DNA of 64,000 nt from assembly GCA_964016885.1 (NCBI GenBank), contig OZ024741.1:75888001-75952000 (forward strand), written 5' to 3'. Below are positions 27,644 through 40,869 of the stretch, in pieces. Every line of letters starts with the position of its first letter. The first letter of the stretch is position 1. Source of the stretch: Eledone cirrhosa. Lineage: Eukaryota. Made by a program: the position numbers and the translations under genes. The notes under the pieces were generated by a model, which saw only the letters and a list, made by a program, of their open reading frames with translations, had not been told where the DNA came from and searched no databases.

Positions 27644-27778
27644 AATAAATTGATAACATTTTTATATTGTTTAATTGGTGGAAATTATTTACTTTTTCAT
27701 GTGAGTGCTGCAGAGTGGTTGTACAATATTCACCAACAGGATTTGCTCACAAAATACAAACACATAGTTATAAATAAA
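27644..27778 (+). promoter_or_regulatory. Candidate ACAA2 polyadenylation signals (AATAAA at 27644 and 27773)
   Basis: Canonical hexamers about 90-220 nt after the stop codon; the AT-rich background lowers specificity. Confidence 0.4.
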
Positions 27779-28088
27779 TGTGTATACAGAAATCACATAT
27801 GGTTCAAACTTTAAAGAATAGATCAAAATCCTACTACATATGCCTCAAAGAGAAACTGTGCGTCGTTTGCGATCATATCTCAAAGTTTATAACTTTTTAA
27901 TTGCTGACATATGGTCAAATTGTTATATAATAATTTCAAATAAGGTATCTTAACATGATAGATGGGAAACAACAATATAAATAGCATACAGTTCCACTGA
28001 CATGAATGGTTTACAATGGATGAAGATACTGTTTCAGTTATACAATATGTATATATGCACACATATACATATATATATATATATATAT

Positions 28089-30930
28089 CATCATCAACGT
28101 TTAACGTCCGTGTTCCACGCTTGCATGGGTTTGGACGGGAGTTTTCCCACTTGAGGCAAGGGTGATTGTCTTGCTCGCATAGGACTGTCTGGCAGGTTTT
28201 CTACAGTTGGATGCCCTTCCTAACACCAACCACATTTACAGTGTGGGTCTGGGAGGTTTTTACCGTGTTGCCTACACGGCCACATTACAGCGTGGACTGT
28301 GTGTTTTTTTGTCGTGACACCTACACGATCTCATTTGTTTCGGCCTGGATGGTGTGGCACCAACATAACTTTACATAGAAGGGGGTGGTGTGGATGGGGT
28401 GGGGGTGGTGGGACGGGGGTGTATTTTGTTAGAGGTGCCTACTGACTGTAGTAGGTTTTACTATGTATTGAGGTAAGGCGGGTCTTCTCTATTACTGAGT
28501 ACCGCCAAAGGTCTCGGTCCAGTGACATTGTCTTGGAGAGGTGTAAGTGTGTGAGGTCGGAGTTTATCAGCTCGTCCCAGGTTTTTCTAGGTCTGCCTAT
28601 TCAGTGGCTACCGTCTATCTTTATTGCCCTGCACTTTGTTATACAGCTATCGACTTTCATGCGCATCACGTGTCCATACCAACGTAGCCTTCTCTCGAGT
28701 AAACATCTGATCCCTCTTATTTCTAATTTTTTCCTTAGTTCGTTTATGCTTTGCCGTTCACGTATATTACTATTACACATCCAGCGGAGCATGCAAGCTT
28801 CGTTCCTCTCTAGTCTGCGTATATCCTCTGCACACAATGCCCAGGTCTCACTGCCATGCAACATTGCTGTTCGTATGCAGGCATCATACAACCTGCCTTT
28901 CATTTTTAGGGAGAACCCTTTAGCGGCTAATAGTGGTATAAGCTCTCTGAACTTTTTCTATCCAGTTCTGACTCTAGCTACTGTACTTTCAGAGCACCCT
29001 CCCCCACTGCTGATTTTGTCACCCAGGTAACGGAAGCTGTCCACTATTTCTATAGAGCCCTCTGCGCAGTTGAAAGAGCTAGTATTTTGTGGGCACTTGC
29101 TGCTACTTATTGCACCAGAGCACCGGCCACATGTAAAATCTATGTTCTTAGTTAGCTTACCTGTGATCCCACTACATCTTTTATGCACCCATACTTTGCA
29201 TTTGGGACATAAAATGGAGTTTCTACCTACGCCTTTCCTACACACTGAGCATGGCCATTTCCCGGAAGGGACCGCCGCCTTATTTTCTTTCCTACAAACT
29301 AGAACTTTAGTCTTAGCCATGTTAATTTTAAGGCCTTTTGATTCTAGGCCGTGCTTCCATGTTTGGAATTTCTTCTCTAGCTCGGCCATTGATTCAGTTA
29401 TGAGTGTTAGGTCGTCTGCGTATAGGAGTTCCCATGGGCAGCCGGTCTTGAACTCCTCTGTTATAGCCTGAAGGGCAATAATAAATAGTAGGGGGCTGAG
29501 AACAGAGCCCTGATGGACGCCAACTTTTACGCTAAACTCTTCACTATATTCGTTGTTAATTCTAACCTTGCTGACTGTTTCTTTATACATGGCTTGTATA
29601 GCTCTCACAAGCCATTCGTCGACACCTAGTTTTCTAAGGGCCCACCAGATAATGGAACGTGGGACTCTGTCGAAGGCTTTCTCCAAGTCGACAACAGCTA
29701 AGTAGAGGGGTTTACCTTTAGCTAGGTACTTCTCCTGTAGTTGTCGTACAATGAAAAGAGCGTCTGACACAAACCCGAACTGCATTTCATCTTGGTCAAT
29801 TCTCTCTCTGATTAGTTGCGCTATTACTTTTTCCGTGACCTTCATGACCTGGTCGATTAATTTAATGCCTCTATAGTTACTCCTATCTAGGGCATCTCCT
29901 TTACCCTTATAACAGTTAACGATGATGCTGCTATGCCAGTCCTTCGGAACAACCCCATTCTGTACGACTTGGTTAACTATCCGGGTGACCATGGTGTGTC
30001 CCACCGTGCCAGATGCCTTCAGCATCTCAGCAACTATTTCCGAAGGCTCAGCCGCCTTACTCGTCTTCATATCCTTGATTGCCTTACTTATTATACTACC
30101 CTCGACTAACACTGCTGGTCCCTCTGTTGGGTCGATGTGGGGGAGACTGTTTTTCTCCCATTTATTCTCCTCATTTAGTAGTCTTTCATAGTGACACTTC
30201 CAAGCTACCTTCTTATCAGCGTCGGTGATGGCAAGTACGCCGTCATCATTAAGTACACACTTCTCCCCGACAATATCGCGGTTTTCCTTGACACATTGCC
30301 TAGCAATCCTGAACACCTCACGTTTTTGGTCCTCGCGTTGTAGAACATGCTTGAACTTTCTTTCCTCTGCTTCCCTTCTTGCGAAGTACACTTGTCTCCT
30401 AGCTTCCCTCCTGGCCACTTGATAGTCTTCTCTACTTCCCCCATCCCGCCATACTTTCCAAGCCTGCTTTTTGGCCGTAATTGACCCCTCCACCTTACTG
30501 TTCCACCACCATGTTACTCTCCTCTTACCTACAGGCCTGCTCCAGCCACAGACTTCGTCTGCCACCATCAGCAGGTTTGCTTTCAGAAATTCCCACTGTC
30601 CCTCTATATTGTCCGACTCTAAATGCTCTTCCTTACTGTCGAAAGCATCAAGTAATATGCTTTGAAATTTATTTCTGGCTGTGGGGTCCTTTAGCTTCCA
30701 TATTTTTCTCCTGAGGATAGTCCTCTTCTGCTGTCGAGTACGTCTCGGTCTGACTATGAGGTCGCTAATTATGAGGCTATGTTGGGATTCTTCATGGGGG
30801 AGGGATTTAGTGTTTACAACAGACACTCTGTCGCGTCTTCTGGTAAGGATATAATCTACCTGGCTTGTGTGTTCCCCGGATCTATAGGTGATCAGGTGAT
30901 TGTCACGTTTTTTTCACGTTTTTTGAAGTT
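28089..30930 (-). mobile_element. RTE-clade LINE copy 1, 5' truncated, (TGA)n tail
   Basis: ORF 28958-30826 (622 aa): NYRGIKL, DLEKAFDRVPR, GVHQGSVLSP, YADD; C-terminus LRWYGHVMRM; microsatellite tail. Confidence 0.95.
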
Positions 30931-31332
30931 AGGATCAGGTGATATATATATATATATATATCACATGTTAAGGAAAAGAAATTCAATCTAAATAACCTAT
31001 ATGTCTGTGTATACATGATATATAAAAACACACAGACACACACACGTGTGTGTGTGTGTGTGTTTATATACATGTATCGTGTATACAGACAAGGTTATTT
31101 AGATTGAATTTATTTTCCTTCACTTGAGTTTCACACTACACCAATTGCCACGTAAAATCCTGAGATGTTGAAAATATTTGGAGAAGTAGGTCAATTGTTA
31201 ATTAATCATGTAGTCAATCAGGTTGACAGAGACCTCAAAGTTTCACCAGTGATCAACTTTGTTGAATTCTGAGTCCTGTTGTTCTAGCTACCGGTTAAAT
31301 GTTTCAGACTGTATTCTAGGTAGAATATAATT

Positions 31333-31512
31333 AATTGTTTCTACTTTAGGCACAAGGCCAGCAATTACCCAGTGCATTACTGGTACTTTATTTTATCGAC
31401 TCCGTAAGGATGAAAGGCAAAGTCAACCTTGGCGGGATTTGAACTCAGATCGTAAAGGGACGTAACTATGCTGGAAAGCATGGCGTCCGACCCTCTACCA
31501 ATACTGCCTAAT
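31333..31512 (-). mobile_element. SINE family A copy
   Basis: Reverse complement of the family A consensus. Confidence 0.88.
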
Positions 31513-32309
31513 GCCATGGAGGTAGGGTTTGTATATGCAGTAAAATTTAAATTAATGTAAAATTGCATTAAGTAGCATAGATTGTGCTTAATTGGAGCTA
31601 GAATGTTGGAATAGAGAAAAAAGAATGAGAATAAAAAAGAGAAATAATTATAACAGGAAAAAGAAGAGAATCTAAGTGTGAGAGTGTATATACTTAGATC
31701 TTTATATACTGTGTACATCCAGTTTAGAATAAGTACACCATATCACAGCTTATAAGAAGCAACTAAGAAGGTTGACACAATGGAGGCTCTCTAGCTGCAA
31801 AACATTGCCTCACATAGGATGCCATCATACCTTGGGATCCATGAGGCTAAACCCTGCTTTAACGAAGAAAAATCATCTTAAAAAACTTTAGTTCATTTAA
31901 CATGATTCATATATAAAATTGTGTTGAAAGAATCCTTTAAAATGGATAGTTTTGTTTCATAGAACCAGAATTCTTTTTGGCCAGGTTGGTATCTAAAGTG
32001 TTAATGAGGGTAAGCAGCTTTAAATTGCTTCTTGTATTGAGATCTAAGTGTGAGTGACAAAAGCAGGAAGTTTTCCAAGAGAAATTTTTTATGAAAATTA
32101 TCTTAGAAAAAACCCTCAGTTGAATGCCAATGGGTCTGAGCTGGTTGAAATCAGTCATGTGTGGAGCTAAACAAAAGATTTCTATGAATTACAAAAAATA
32201 TCTAAGGTTAAGTTGGGATGAATGTATAAATGACATCACACCTGCCACACCCATGTTCTAAAATTAGTGTTGCCTATTGAAAGGATTGTTAAACAAAATA
32301 TGTTTTTGC

Positions 32310-32529
32310 TTAACCCTCCCTTTAACATTTAATCCAACCATATCTGGCCAGAATTCTTTCACCTCTTTCTGTTCAAACCAGCTGTAACCAACTGCTTATG
32401 CTTATGTTAAGGTATTGTTCTTAAAATAAATAATATCAAAATCTCGTAGATTCGATATTATGTGAAACAAAGTATTTACCATGAAAATACAAAAGTAAAT
32501 ATAGAGTAATGTAAATGCTAAAGGGTTAA
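32310..32529. mobile_element. piggyBac-like MITE (TTAA CCCT...AGGG TTAA)
   Basis: TTAA at both ends with CCCT/AGGG termini. Confidence 0.6.
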
Positions 32530-32858
32530 ATAGATTTTGCATATGGTACAACTTAAGAGATGCTCATTTGCATATATTGTGAACTTGATGGGCTAATATT
32601 AATTAGCATATACTAATTGATTGTGTATAATAAACTTCCCTAAGACTTGCTATGAGAATTTTAAGCTGAAATGCTAATGTCTGACAATCTTTCAGCTCTA
32701 CTAAAATAGCTGTGAGTTGATCACTGTTTAAAATACTCATATCAAACCTTATGTATGTTTATTGTACATAAACATTGTATATGCTTTTATGTACATCTTT
32801 ATTATGAATCAGACTATGTTAGTACTACTGATTGTGTGTGTGTATTAATATATATATA

Positions 32859-32979
32859 TTAGGTTGAGTAATAATTTATGAGCATGTTTTTTTTTAAATT
32901 TAAAAATACACAGACCTAGGCAAAAAAATGTATCACACACTTAGGCAAAAAAATGCTCATGAATTATTATTCAACCTAA
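32859..32979. mobile_element. Mariner-type MITE
   Basis: TIRs TTAGGTTGAGTAATAATTTATGAGCAT / ATGCTCATGAATTATTATTCAACCTAA in a TA context. Confidence 0.8.
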
Positions 32980-33073
32980 AATATATATATATACTAGCAG
33001 AATGGTCGGGATTTGCTCTAGTGTTCTTATTTATTTGATATATATATTTATCCTTTGATATATATATTTATCC

Positions 33074-33415
33074 AGTCCACGCTGTAAATGTGGCCGTGTA
33101 GGCAACACGGTAAAAACCTCCCAGCCCCACACTGTAAATGTGGTTGGTGTTAGGAAGGGCATCCAGCTGTAGAAAACCCGCCAGACAGTCCACGCTGTAA
33201 TGTGGCCGTGTAGGCAACACGGTAAAAACCTCCCAGCCCCACACTGTAAATGTGGTTGGTGTTAGGAAGGGCATCCAACTGTAGAAAACCCGCCAGACAG
33301 TCCTATGCGAGCAAGACAACCACTCTTGCCTCAAGTGGGAAAGCCCCCGTCCAAACCCATGCAAGCGTGGAACACGGACGCTAAACCTGATGATGATGAT
33401 GATGATGATGATGAT
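33074..33415 (+). mobile_element. RTE 3' UTR fragment with ~115-bp tandem duplication and (GAT)n tail
   Basis: Reverse complement of 28090-28300; unit repeated at about 33074 and 33189. Confidence 0.85.
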
Positions 33416-33494
33416 CCTTATTGAGCCTTGTGAAATAAACATGTTTGTTTATATTTTGTTATTGTGTCTGCAAAAATCTCTGTACACGAATATA

Positions 33495-33536
<42 letters not shown>

Positions 33537-33640
33537 TAACAGATTAAAGTTTAAGCAAAGAATCGCTGCTTAACGGGATCTTCTGAAACTAAAAAAAATC
33601 AATCTGTGACGCAGAAGTAAATATTTCGAAAAACGTTACA

Positions 33641-33684
<44 letters not shown>

Positions 33685-34077
33685 TATATATACATATATA
33701 CACATACACACAGTGTCATAGTGTAATGCAGACAGCCAGACATACATACAGATATTATAAGGGCGTTATATCTATGTATCTATCTAAAAAGAAAGACTAA
33801 GAATTATAGAGAGAGATTGCTAAATTCCCTAATTTCAGGGCATTGAAAATTTGAAATATCTTTTGCTCAAAACACTCACAGGGCCATAAGTATTACCTGT
33901 GTAAAGTTTGAAAACAATCAGTTGGGTGGTTCTTGAGTCTTAGGGAGTCAGACAGACTGTTTTAGATATATAGATGTATCGACAGTCGATCTACTTTCAT
34001 CAAATCTGACCGAGGAAACAATGTTTCCGTTTGTCTTTCCAATTGCTAATACTATCTATCGGTCGCAACTACAGGTA

Positions 34078-34320
34078 GAAGGAGCAACGTGAAATAAAGT
34101 GTCTCGCTCAAGGACATAACACATTGCCTGGTCCAGGAATCAAACTCACAACTTCACGATTGCAAATCCATATATATATATGGCGGCACATGGCTTAGTG
34201 GTTAGAGCATTGGCCTTCCAATCGAAAGGTTGTGAGTTCAATTCTCAGACAGGTGATGTGTTGTTTCCTTGAGCAAGACACTTTATTTCACATTGCTCCA
34301 GTTTACTCAGCTGTAGAAAT
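34078..34320. mobile_element. Two tRNA-derived SINE (family B) pieces, back to back
   Basis: + copy 34182-34320 has A box TGGCTTAGTGG and B box GTTCAATTC then CCTTGAGCAAGACACTTTATTTCAC; - copy 34078-34170. Confidence 0.75.
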
Positions 34321-34829
34321 GAGATGATAGGGTCTGGGGTCCATATCCTTCCACTGCAAAGTGGTCGTGGAGGTGCCTTGGCAAAAAAGCACCCAGCACT
34401 CACTGTAAATGAGGTTGGTGTTAGGAAAGGCATCCAGCTGTAGAAATCAAGCAAGAATCAGTTCCTGTCCTACCCTTGTAAGCAGAGAAAAGCAGACGTA
34501 AAATGATATCTATCTATATTCCACCTGGTTGTAGTGGGGCTGATAATGTTGTTAGAACTCAATGTGTCCTTGGAAGGATGGTTACAGTGAGATTAGGTGA
34601 TGTGACCACTAGTTTTTGTGGTAGGTGACTGCGACTTAAGGTTTCCTTGAAGAAGATTTACCCATATTACAAAGTCATTTACGTATATGTTTGTGCATAG
34701 AAAAAAAGACAGAAGTCAGAGGTAGGTAGTCAATTAGTTCATTGTTTTAAGATCATTTTAGAGGGTCGTTGTGGAAGATCAATGTAACAACTAAAAATAG
34801 TTAGTAGCCTAACCACTACCATGCTAGTT

Positions 34830-35635
34830 GATACATGGATCCTCCACGATCAATCGACCATCTGATGAGACATGGCAGTGTTAAAGTGCAGAGACATATA
34901 AATGTCTTACAATTGGCTTGCCTGGAAAAACGGAAGAAGTTTAAAGAGGCAGTTCTGCAAATTGAAGTCACCAACAGTGATGATTCATGTCTGTCTTTCA
35001 ACAAACAGCTTTATAAGTCAGCTGCTATAACTTTGGGTTATACAGAGAAAAAACACCAGGACTGGTTTACTGTGAATGAACCACTAGTGGAAAGTCTTCT
35101 AAGAGAAAAAAAAGCACATCTAGACAAGTTCTTGTTTTGTTCCAAGGAAGGTGAAGAAAAATCTCAGCTGGAGAAAGTTTTCAAAAATGTAAGATGCAGG
35201 TACAATGTGAAATCAGAGCAGCGAAAGTTTTATGGTGGCACAATAAAGCGATCACATACAAGCCTTGGCAGAAAGATGAGATGCTGAAACATATCACAAA
35301 CTGTGCTCAGTGTATGACCGACCCACCATAGTCTTTGCCCCACTGTGGTCAAAGAATTAAAACATAGTGTTGTGTAAGCTGATGAAATCAAGGCAAGATA
35401 ACACAAACACTTTAACAACTTCCTGAACCATGCATCTCTCATTAATCCCAACGTGATTGAGGCCATGGAGCAGGCTCCTGCCATTAACAAACTTGATCCT
35501 CCCACATTGGAAGAGGTTAAGACTGCAGTGAGACAAATAAACACTGGCAAAGTACCTGGGAAAGATGGTATAATGGCAAAAATAGTGCAACAAGGTGGTT
35601 CTAAAGTAAGCAATCTGTTGCATAACATATATCAT
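34830..35635 (+). mobile_element. Degenerate RTE/BovB-like LINE fragment (different family)
   Basis: AITLGYTEKKHQDWF and PPTLEEVKTAVRQINTGKVPGKDGI. Confidence 0.75.
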
Positions 35636-35820
35636 CGGTGGTGTGGAGAAGGGAGGCTGGTATGCATGGGCGACTGCTGGTCTTCCACAAACAACTTTGC
35701 CTGGACTTGTGCCTTGGAGGGAAACTTTCTAGGAGCAAATCCCATGGTCATTCATGACCGAAGGGGGTCTTTACCCTATGTATGTATGTGTGTGTGCACG
35801 CATGTATGTAGGTATATAGA

Positions 35821-35851
<31 letters not shown>

Positions 35852-36164
35852 GTGTGTATTTATGTATGTATGTGAAGATATTTTGAAAACTATATGAATG
35901 TTCTTTGTCTTTCTAAGTCTTTTTATATAAAGAATTTAAACTATAATAGAAGATGAGCCAGAAATGTTTAGGTCCACATTGTTTACAATAATATATAAAG
36001 ACAGAGACACACAAAGCAAAAATAAAACACCTGAGTAATAAAATAATTTAATAGTTGTTCATGAGAGTTTCTACTGTTGAACTATAGCAGGAATGGTCAG
36101 TTTGGTATAATAAATGTCTTCACACAAAGAGAGATTCTTCTCAATTGTATATATCTCGAAAAAC

Positions 36165-36219
<55 letters not shown>

Positions 36220-36535
36220 ATATATATCATCATCATCATTTTACTTCCGCTCTTCCCTGCTCGCAAGGATGGGACGGTATATATATATATATATATATGA
36301 TTATGTCATTTATTTTGTCTGACCTGTTTAACTTGACTTGTTTTTTGGCTTAGGTGGTCTATAGCTTCTTGACCGCATTCTCAGTTTGTATGGCTTTTAT
36401 AACCTTTGTTTATTGGTCTATTCTTTTAGACTATGGAGCGCTTGCCAGCATGACTCTGAATTTGCGTTACGTTTCGCTTTTTCTATCCGCCAAAATGCAA
36501 TTCTCGCTGAATTTATATATATATATATATATATA

Positions 36536-38679
36536 GAGATAGTTGTGATGTCATTGGAGAGAAGTGTATCCAGAATGATAAAGGTGAGCTTGCCCTCACA
36601 AGTGCTGAGAAGAAAGATGCATGGAAGAGTCATTATGATAGATTACTAAATGAGGAGAATGCATGGGAAGAAGAGACCCTACCCCAAGTAGACCCTATAG
36701 AGGGACCAGCAGTACAAGTCAGCAGCAGCGTAGTAAGTAAGGCAATCAAAGATATGAAGATGGGGAAGGCAACCGGTCCATCGGGTATAGCTGCCGAGAT
36801 GCTGAAGGCATCTGGGTCTGTAGGTCACACTATAACCACACGTATCGTTAACCAGGTAATACTAGAAGGGGGCATACGAAAAGATTGGTGCAGTAGCATC
36901 ATTGTCAACTGCTACAAAGGCAAAGGCGATGCACTAGATAGAGGAAACTATAGAGGTATAAAGTTGATGGACCAGGTCATGAAAGTAACAGAAAGAGTTA
37001 TAGCACAGCTGATTAGGGACCGGGTGAATATAGACGAGATGCAATTTGGGTTTGTACCAGGAAGAAGCACCACTGATGCCCTCTTCCTTGTGAGGCAATT
37101 ACAGGAAAAGTACCTAGCTAAAAGTAAGCCACTCTACTTGGCATTTGTCGACCTTGAGAAAGCCTTTGACAGAGTTCCACGTGCTGTAATCTGGTGGGCT
37201 CTTAGAAAACTAGGAGTAGATGAATGGCTTGTGAAAGCGGTACAAGCCATGTATAGGGGAGCAGTCAGCAAAGTTAGGATTAGCAATGAGTATAGCGAGG
37301 AATTTAGCGTACAGGTTGGGGTCCACCAGGGCTCTGTTCTTAGCCCTCTCCTGTTCATCATAGTCCTGCAGGCAATAACGGAGGAGTTTAAGACCGGATG
37401 CCCATGGGAACTCCTGTATGCTGATGACCTCGCACTCATAGCTGAATCTATGGTAGAACTAGAGAATAAATTCCAAACCTGGAAGCAGGGACTAGAGAGA
37501 AAGGGTCTCAAAGTCAACATGACCAAGACTAAGGTCCTTGTAAGTAGACGAGAAAACAGAACCCAGATCCCCTCGGGGAAATGGCCTTGCTCAGTATGTA
37601 GGAAAGGTGTAGGTAGGAACTCCATTCTCTGCCCCAAATGCAAACAATGGGTACACAAGAGATGTAGCGGGATCTCAGGAAGCATAATTAAGAAGGTAGG
37701 ATTCACATGCAGCAGCTGTGCTGAAACAGCAAGCAGCAAACAGCCACAGGAAACAAGTACCACCAATCTCTGGGAGGGCCCTGTAGAAACAGTAGACAGC
37801 TTCTGCTACCTAGGTGACCGAATTAGCAACGGAGGTGGGTGTTCAGAAAGTACAATAACTAGGGTAAGAACGGGATGGAAGAAGTTTAGGGAACTACTAC
37901 CACTGCTAGCTGCAAAAGGCTTCTCCCTCAGAATGCAAGGCAGACTGTATGATGCGTGTATCCGAACAGCGATGTTGCATGGTAGTGAGACCTGGGCGCT
38001 GAAGGTGGAAGACTTACGTAGATTAGAGAGAAACGAAGCCTGCATGCTCCGATGGATGTGTAACAGTAATATACGTGAATGACAAAGCATAAATGAATTG
38101 AGAGAGAGACTGAGCATAAGAGGAATCAAATGCTGTGTGCAGGAGAGGCGGTTGCGCTGGTATGGACATGTGATGCGTATGAAGGATGACAGCTGCATAA
38201 AAAGGTGCAGAGCACTAGAAGTTGATGGAAACCGCGGAGTGGGGAGACCCAAGATGACCTGGGATGAGGTGATAAAAGCCGACCTTACCCAATTACACCT
38301 CTCAAAGACAATGACACACGACCGTGACTTCTGGCGTCACGCAGTAATACAGAGTACCCGACCTCCCATGGGTACATGCTGAAGCATATAAACAATATGC
38401 CCCACACCCCCCACCGCAAGGTGGTCGTGGAGGTGCCACGGCAAAAAAGCACCCAGCCCACACTGTAAAGTGGACGTGTAGGCGCCACGAAAAAGCACCC
38501 AGCACTCACTGTAAATGAGGTTGGTGTTAGGAAGGGCATCCAGCTGTAGAAATCAAGCCAGATCAGTTCCTGTATGAGCAAGGCATGGTCAGCCGACCAG
38601 ACACTGCACACAACAGGACAACCCGTCTAACCCATGCTAGCGTGGAAGAACGGACGTAAAACGGTGATGATGATGATGA
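36536..38679 (+). mobile_element. RTE-clade LINE copy 2, 5' truncated, nearly intact RT and C-terminus
   Basis: ORFs 36754-38082 and 38098-38382 are in the same frame, separated by one TGA; GRPKMTW motif; (GAT)n tail. Confidence 0.95.
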
Positions 38680-38700
38680 ACTGAAATAAACCCAAATAAC

Positions 38701-39129
38701 AATAATATAATTAATAGCATTAGCAATAATAATAATAACGTAGACCTGAATAATAGTACTATATCTTCAAGTAACAATATAAGAAAATGTAATTGCAGGA
38801 ATAATATCTCTTGCCCGCTAGAGAATAATTGCTTAGATAGAAATTTAGTATATAAATGCACCATTAAAACTAAAGATAAACTGTATAACTATATAGGGGC
38901 CACTTCATCAAAATTTAAGGAGCGCTGGTATAATCACAAACATACTTTTAAACGCTCTGATAAGAAATTCTCAACTTCACTGTCACAACTAATTTGGTCT
39001 TTAAAAGACAATAACAGAAGAAATTTTCATATAATTACCAATCCTGGTAACATTATTAATAAAAAGAAGGAGATATTTAATTCTAGTTTGCATAGATTTT
39101 CCAAGACGTTTCATAATCTTTATAAATGA
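38701..39129 (+). pseudogene. GIY-YIG endonuclease C-terminus of a second Penelope-like family (absent from the ORF track, no start codon)
   Basis: Manual translation RKCNCRNNISCPLENNCLDRNLVYKCTIKTKDKLYNYIGATSSKFKERWYNHKHTF...STSLSQLIWSLK...INKKKE; followed by an AT-rich 3' region with a hammerhead at 39755. Confidence 0.88.
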
Positions 39130-39754
39130 TCTTTAACCATTTAACCATTTATATGGTGCTTTGAAATCTTATCTATTTATATCTAATTATAGGACCTAAT
39201 AGATCGAAGCATATCTTATTAAATGTTTATCGGAGACATACCTTGAAAACAATGCTTCAAACCTTATATAATTTAGAGTTATTTCCCCATAGTTTATATA
39301 GATAAAATTGACAAATACGTTATATATTTACTCACATAATTATTAAATCATTATAATTAACCATATACATTAGTAGCTTATAATATACTACAATACTATA
39401 CTTTTTTATATAACCAATATAATTAGGCTCACATTCTTAAAATATATGTTAAAATATATATGTATAGTTACGTGATTCTTCTACGCTCATGTATATATCT
39501 GTATATATATATATATATGCATAATTCTACACTTATATTTCACCCTCTAACAACTGCCACACGACCAATACAAATACGCTATTTTTATTTTTCAAAATTT
39601 ATCTAGCATCTATAATAACGGTCCTTTTCTGTTTTAATGTATCCTTGTTAACTTATATCCCTTGTGATTTTGAATTTTTACCTCACTGTCGATAACGGGC
39701 TTATACTAGTAAGTTTGCACTAAGGTATGTCAATATCTTAACATCAAATATTAT

Positions 39755-39812
39755 ATTTTATCTGATGAAAGCACACTAACATTTTATATCCTTGAAATAC
39801 GTATAATAAAAT
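39755..39812 (+). ncRNA. Hammerhead motif B in Penelope 3' pseudo-LTR
   Basis: ATTTTAT CTGATGA AAG...CTT GAAA TACGTA TA ATAAAAT; palindromic stem III, weak stem II. Confidence 0.8.
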
Positions 39813-39853
39813 AAATATGGTATTATAAAGATATTTTCCATTTATTAATATTG

Positions 39854-39897
<44 letters not shown>

Positions 39898-40869
39898 GAT
39901 ATAGAAATGGCTTCTACAGGACTAGAAAATGAAACAGTTCTATATTAAATTTTGTATACACTCCACTAATGTATTGAGTACCTTACTTAGTGTGGTTACC
40001 CCCTATTGAACCCAGGACTCACATATATATTTTCTCTTTGATCTCCTTTTCTTTCAATCTTTTCTCTCTGTCATCTGCCTGTAACTCACCTTGTGGATTG
40101 CCTCTCTGTTGACCACTGGTCACTGGTCACTGGTCTCTGTTCTCTGAGGTATTTTTGCCCATCGCTGTCTTTGACAGCATTTAACTGTTTTTACAGCTGT
40201 TCTAGTGATGATTTTTCGCATTTTTATATGTATTCAATCAAATACACTCTTACTTTGTCTCGATCAGAGACAACATTGTTAGGCTACTCAATTTGAATGT
40301 AGGTTCACAAAAAGTGAAGCTAAATATTTATAAAATGTCGCAGGACTGATCCTGTCTCAGAGAAAATAAATATATTGTTTTCTTAATTGAGGAGCAGGAA
40401 TGACAATGATGAAAGAACACAACTTTCGTGCTGTAAATGAAAACATTGCAGTTGACAAACCCAAACCAGATCACAATAGGTTTGTCATCATACAAAAAAA
40501 AATATATATATATATACATATAAAAATGAGAAAACTCATCGCTAGAACAGCCATTAAAACAGCTAAATGCTGTCAAAGACAGTGAGGGGCAAAAATGCTT
40601 CAGAAGATAGAGACCAGTGGCCAGTGGTCAACAGAGAGATAATCCACAAAGTGGATGACATGCAGTGAGTACCATTTTGAGTACCAGTTGAGTACCAGTT
40701 GAGAGTACCATTTTAAAATGCTGGATCATGTAAAAAATAAATCTTTCTACTGTTATGATGTATGTGTGATAAAACAAACAGCACAGACAGAAGGATGAAA
40801 GAAAACAATAGGATAGTGGACCTCAAGCTGTGGTGTCTGTCCCATATGCTTTAGTATTTATTGCTAATA

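Noticed and set aside
34182-34255. tRNA gene
   Set aside because: A/B boxes are present but there is no proper acceptor stem, and it continues into SINE body sequence.
37134-37766. 210-aa ORF and similar ORFs antisense to RTE copies
   Set aside because: Shadow frames of the LINE ORF2; no independent evidence.
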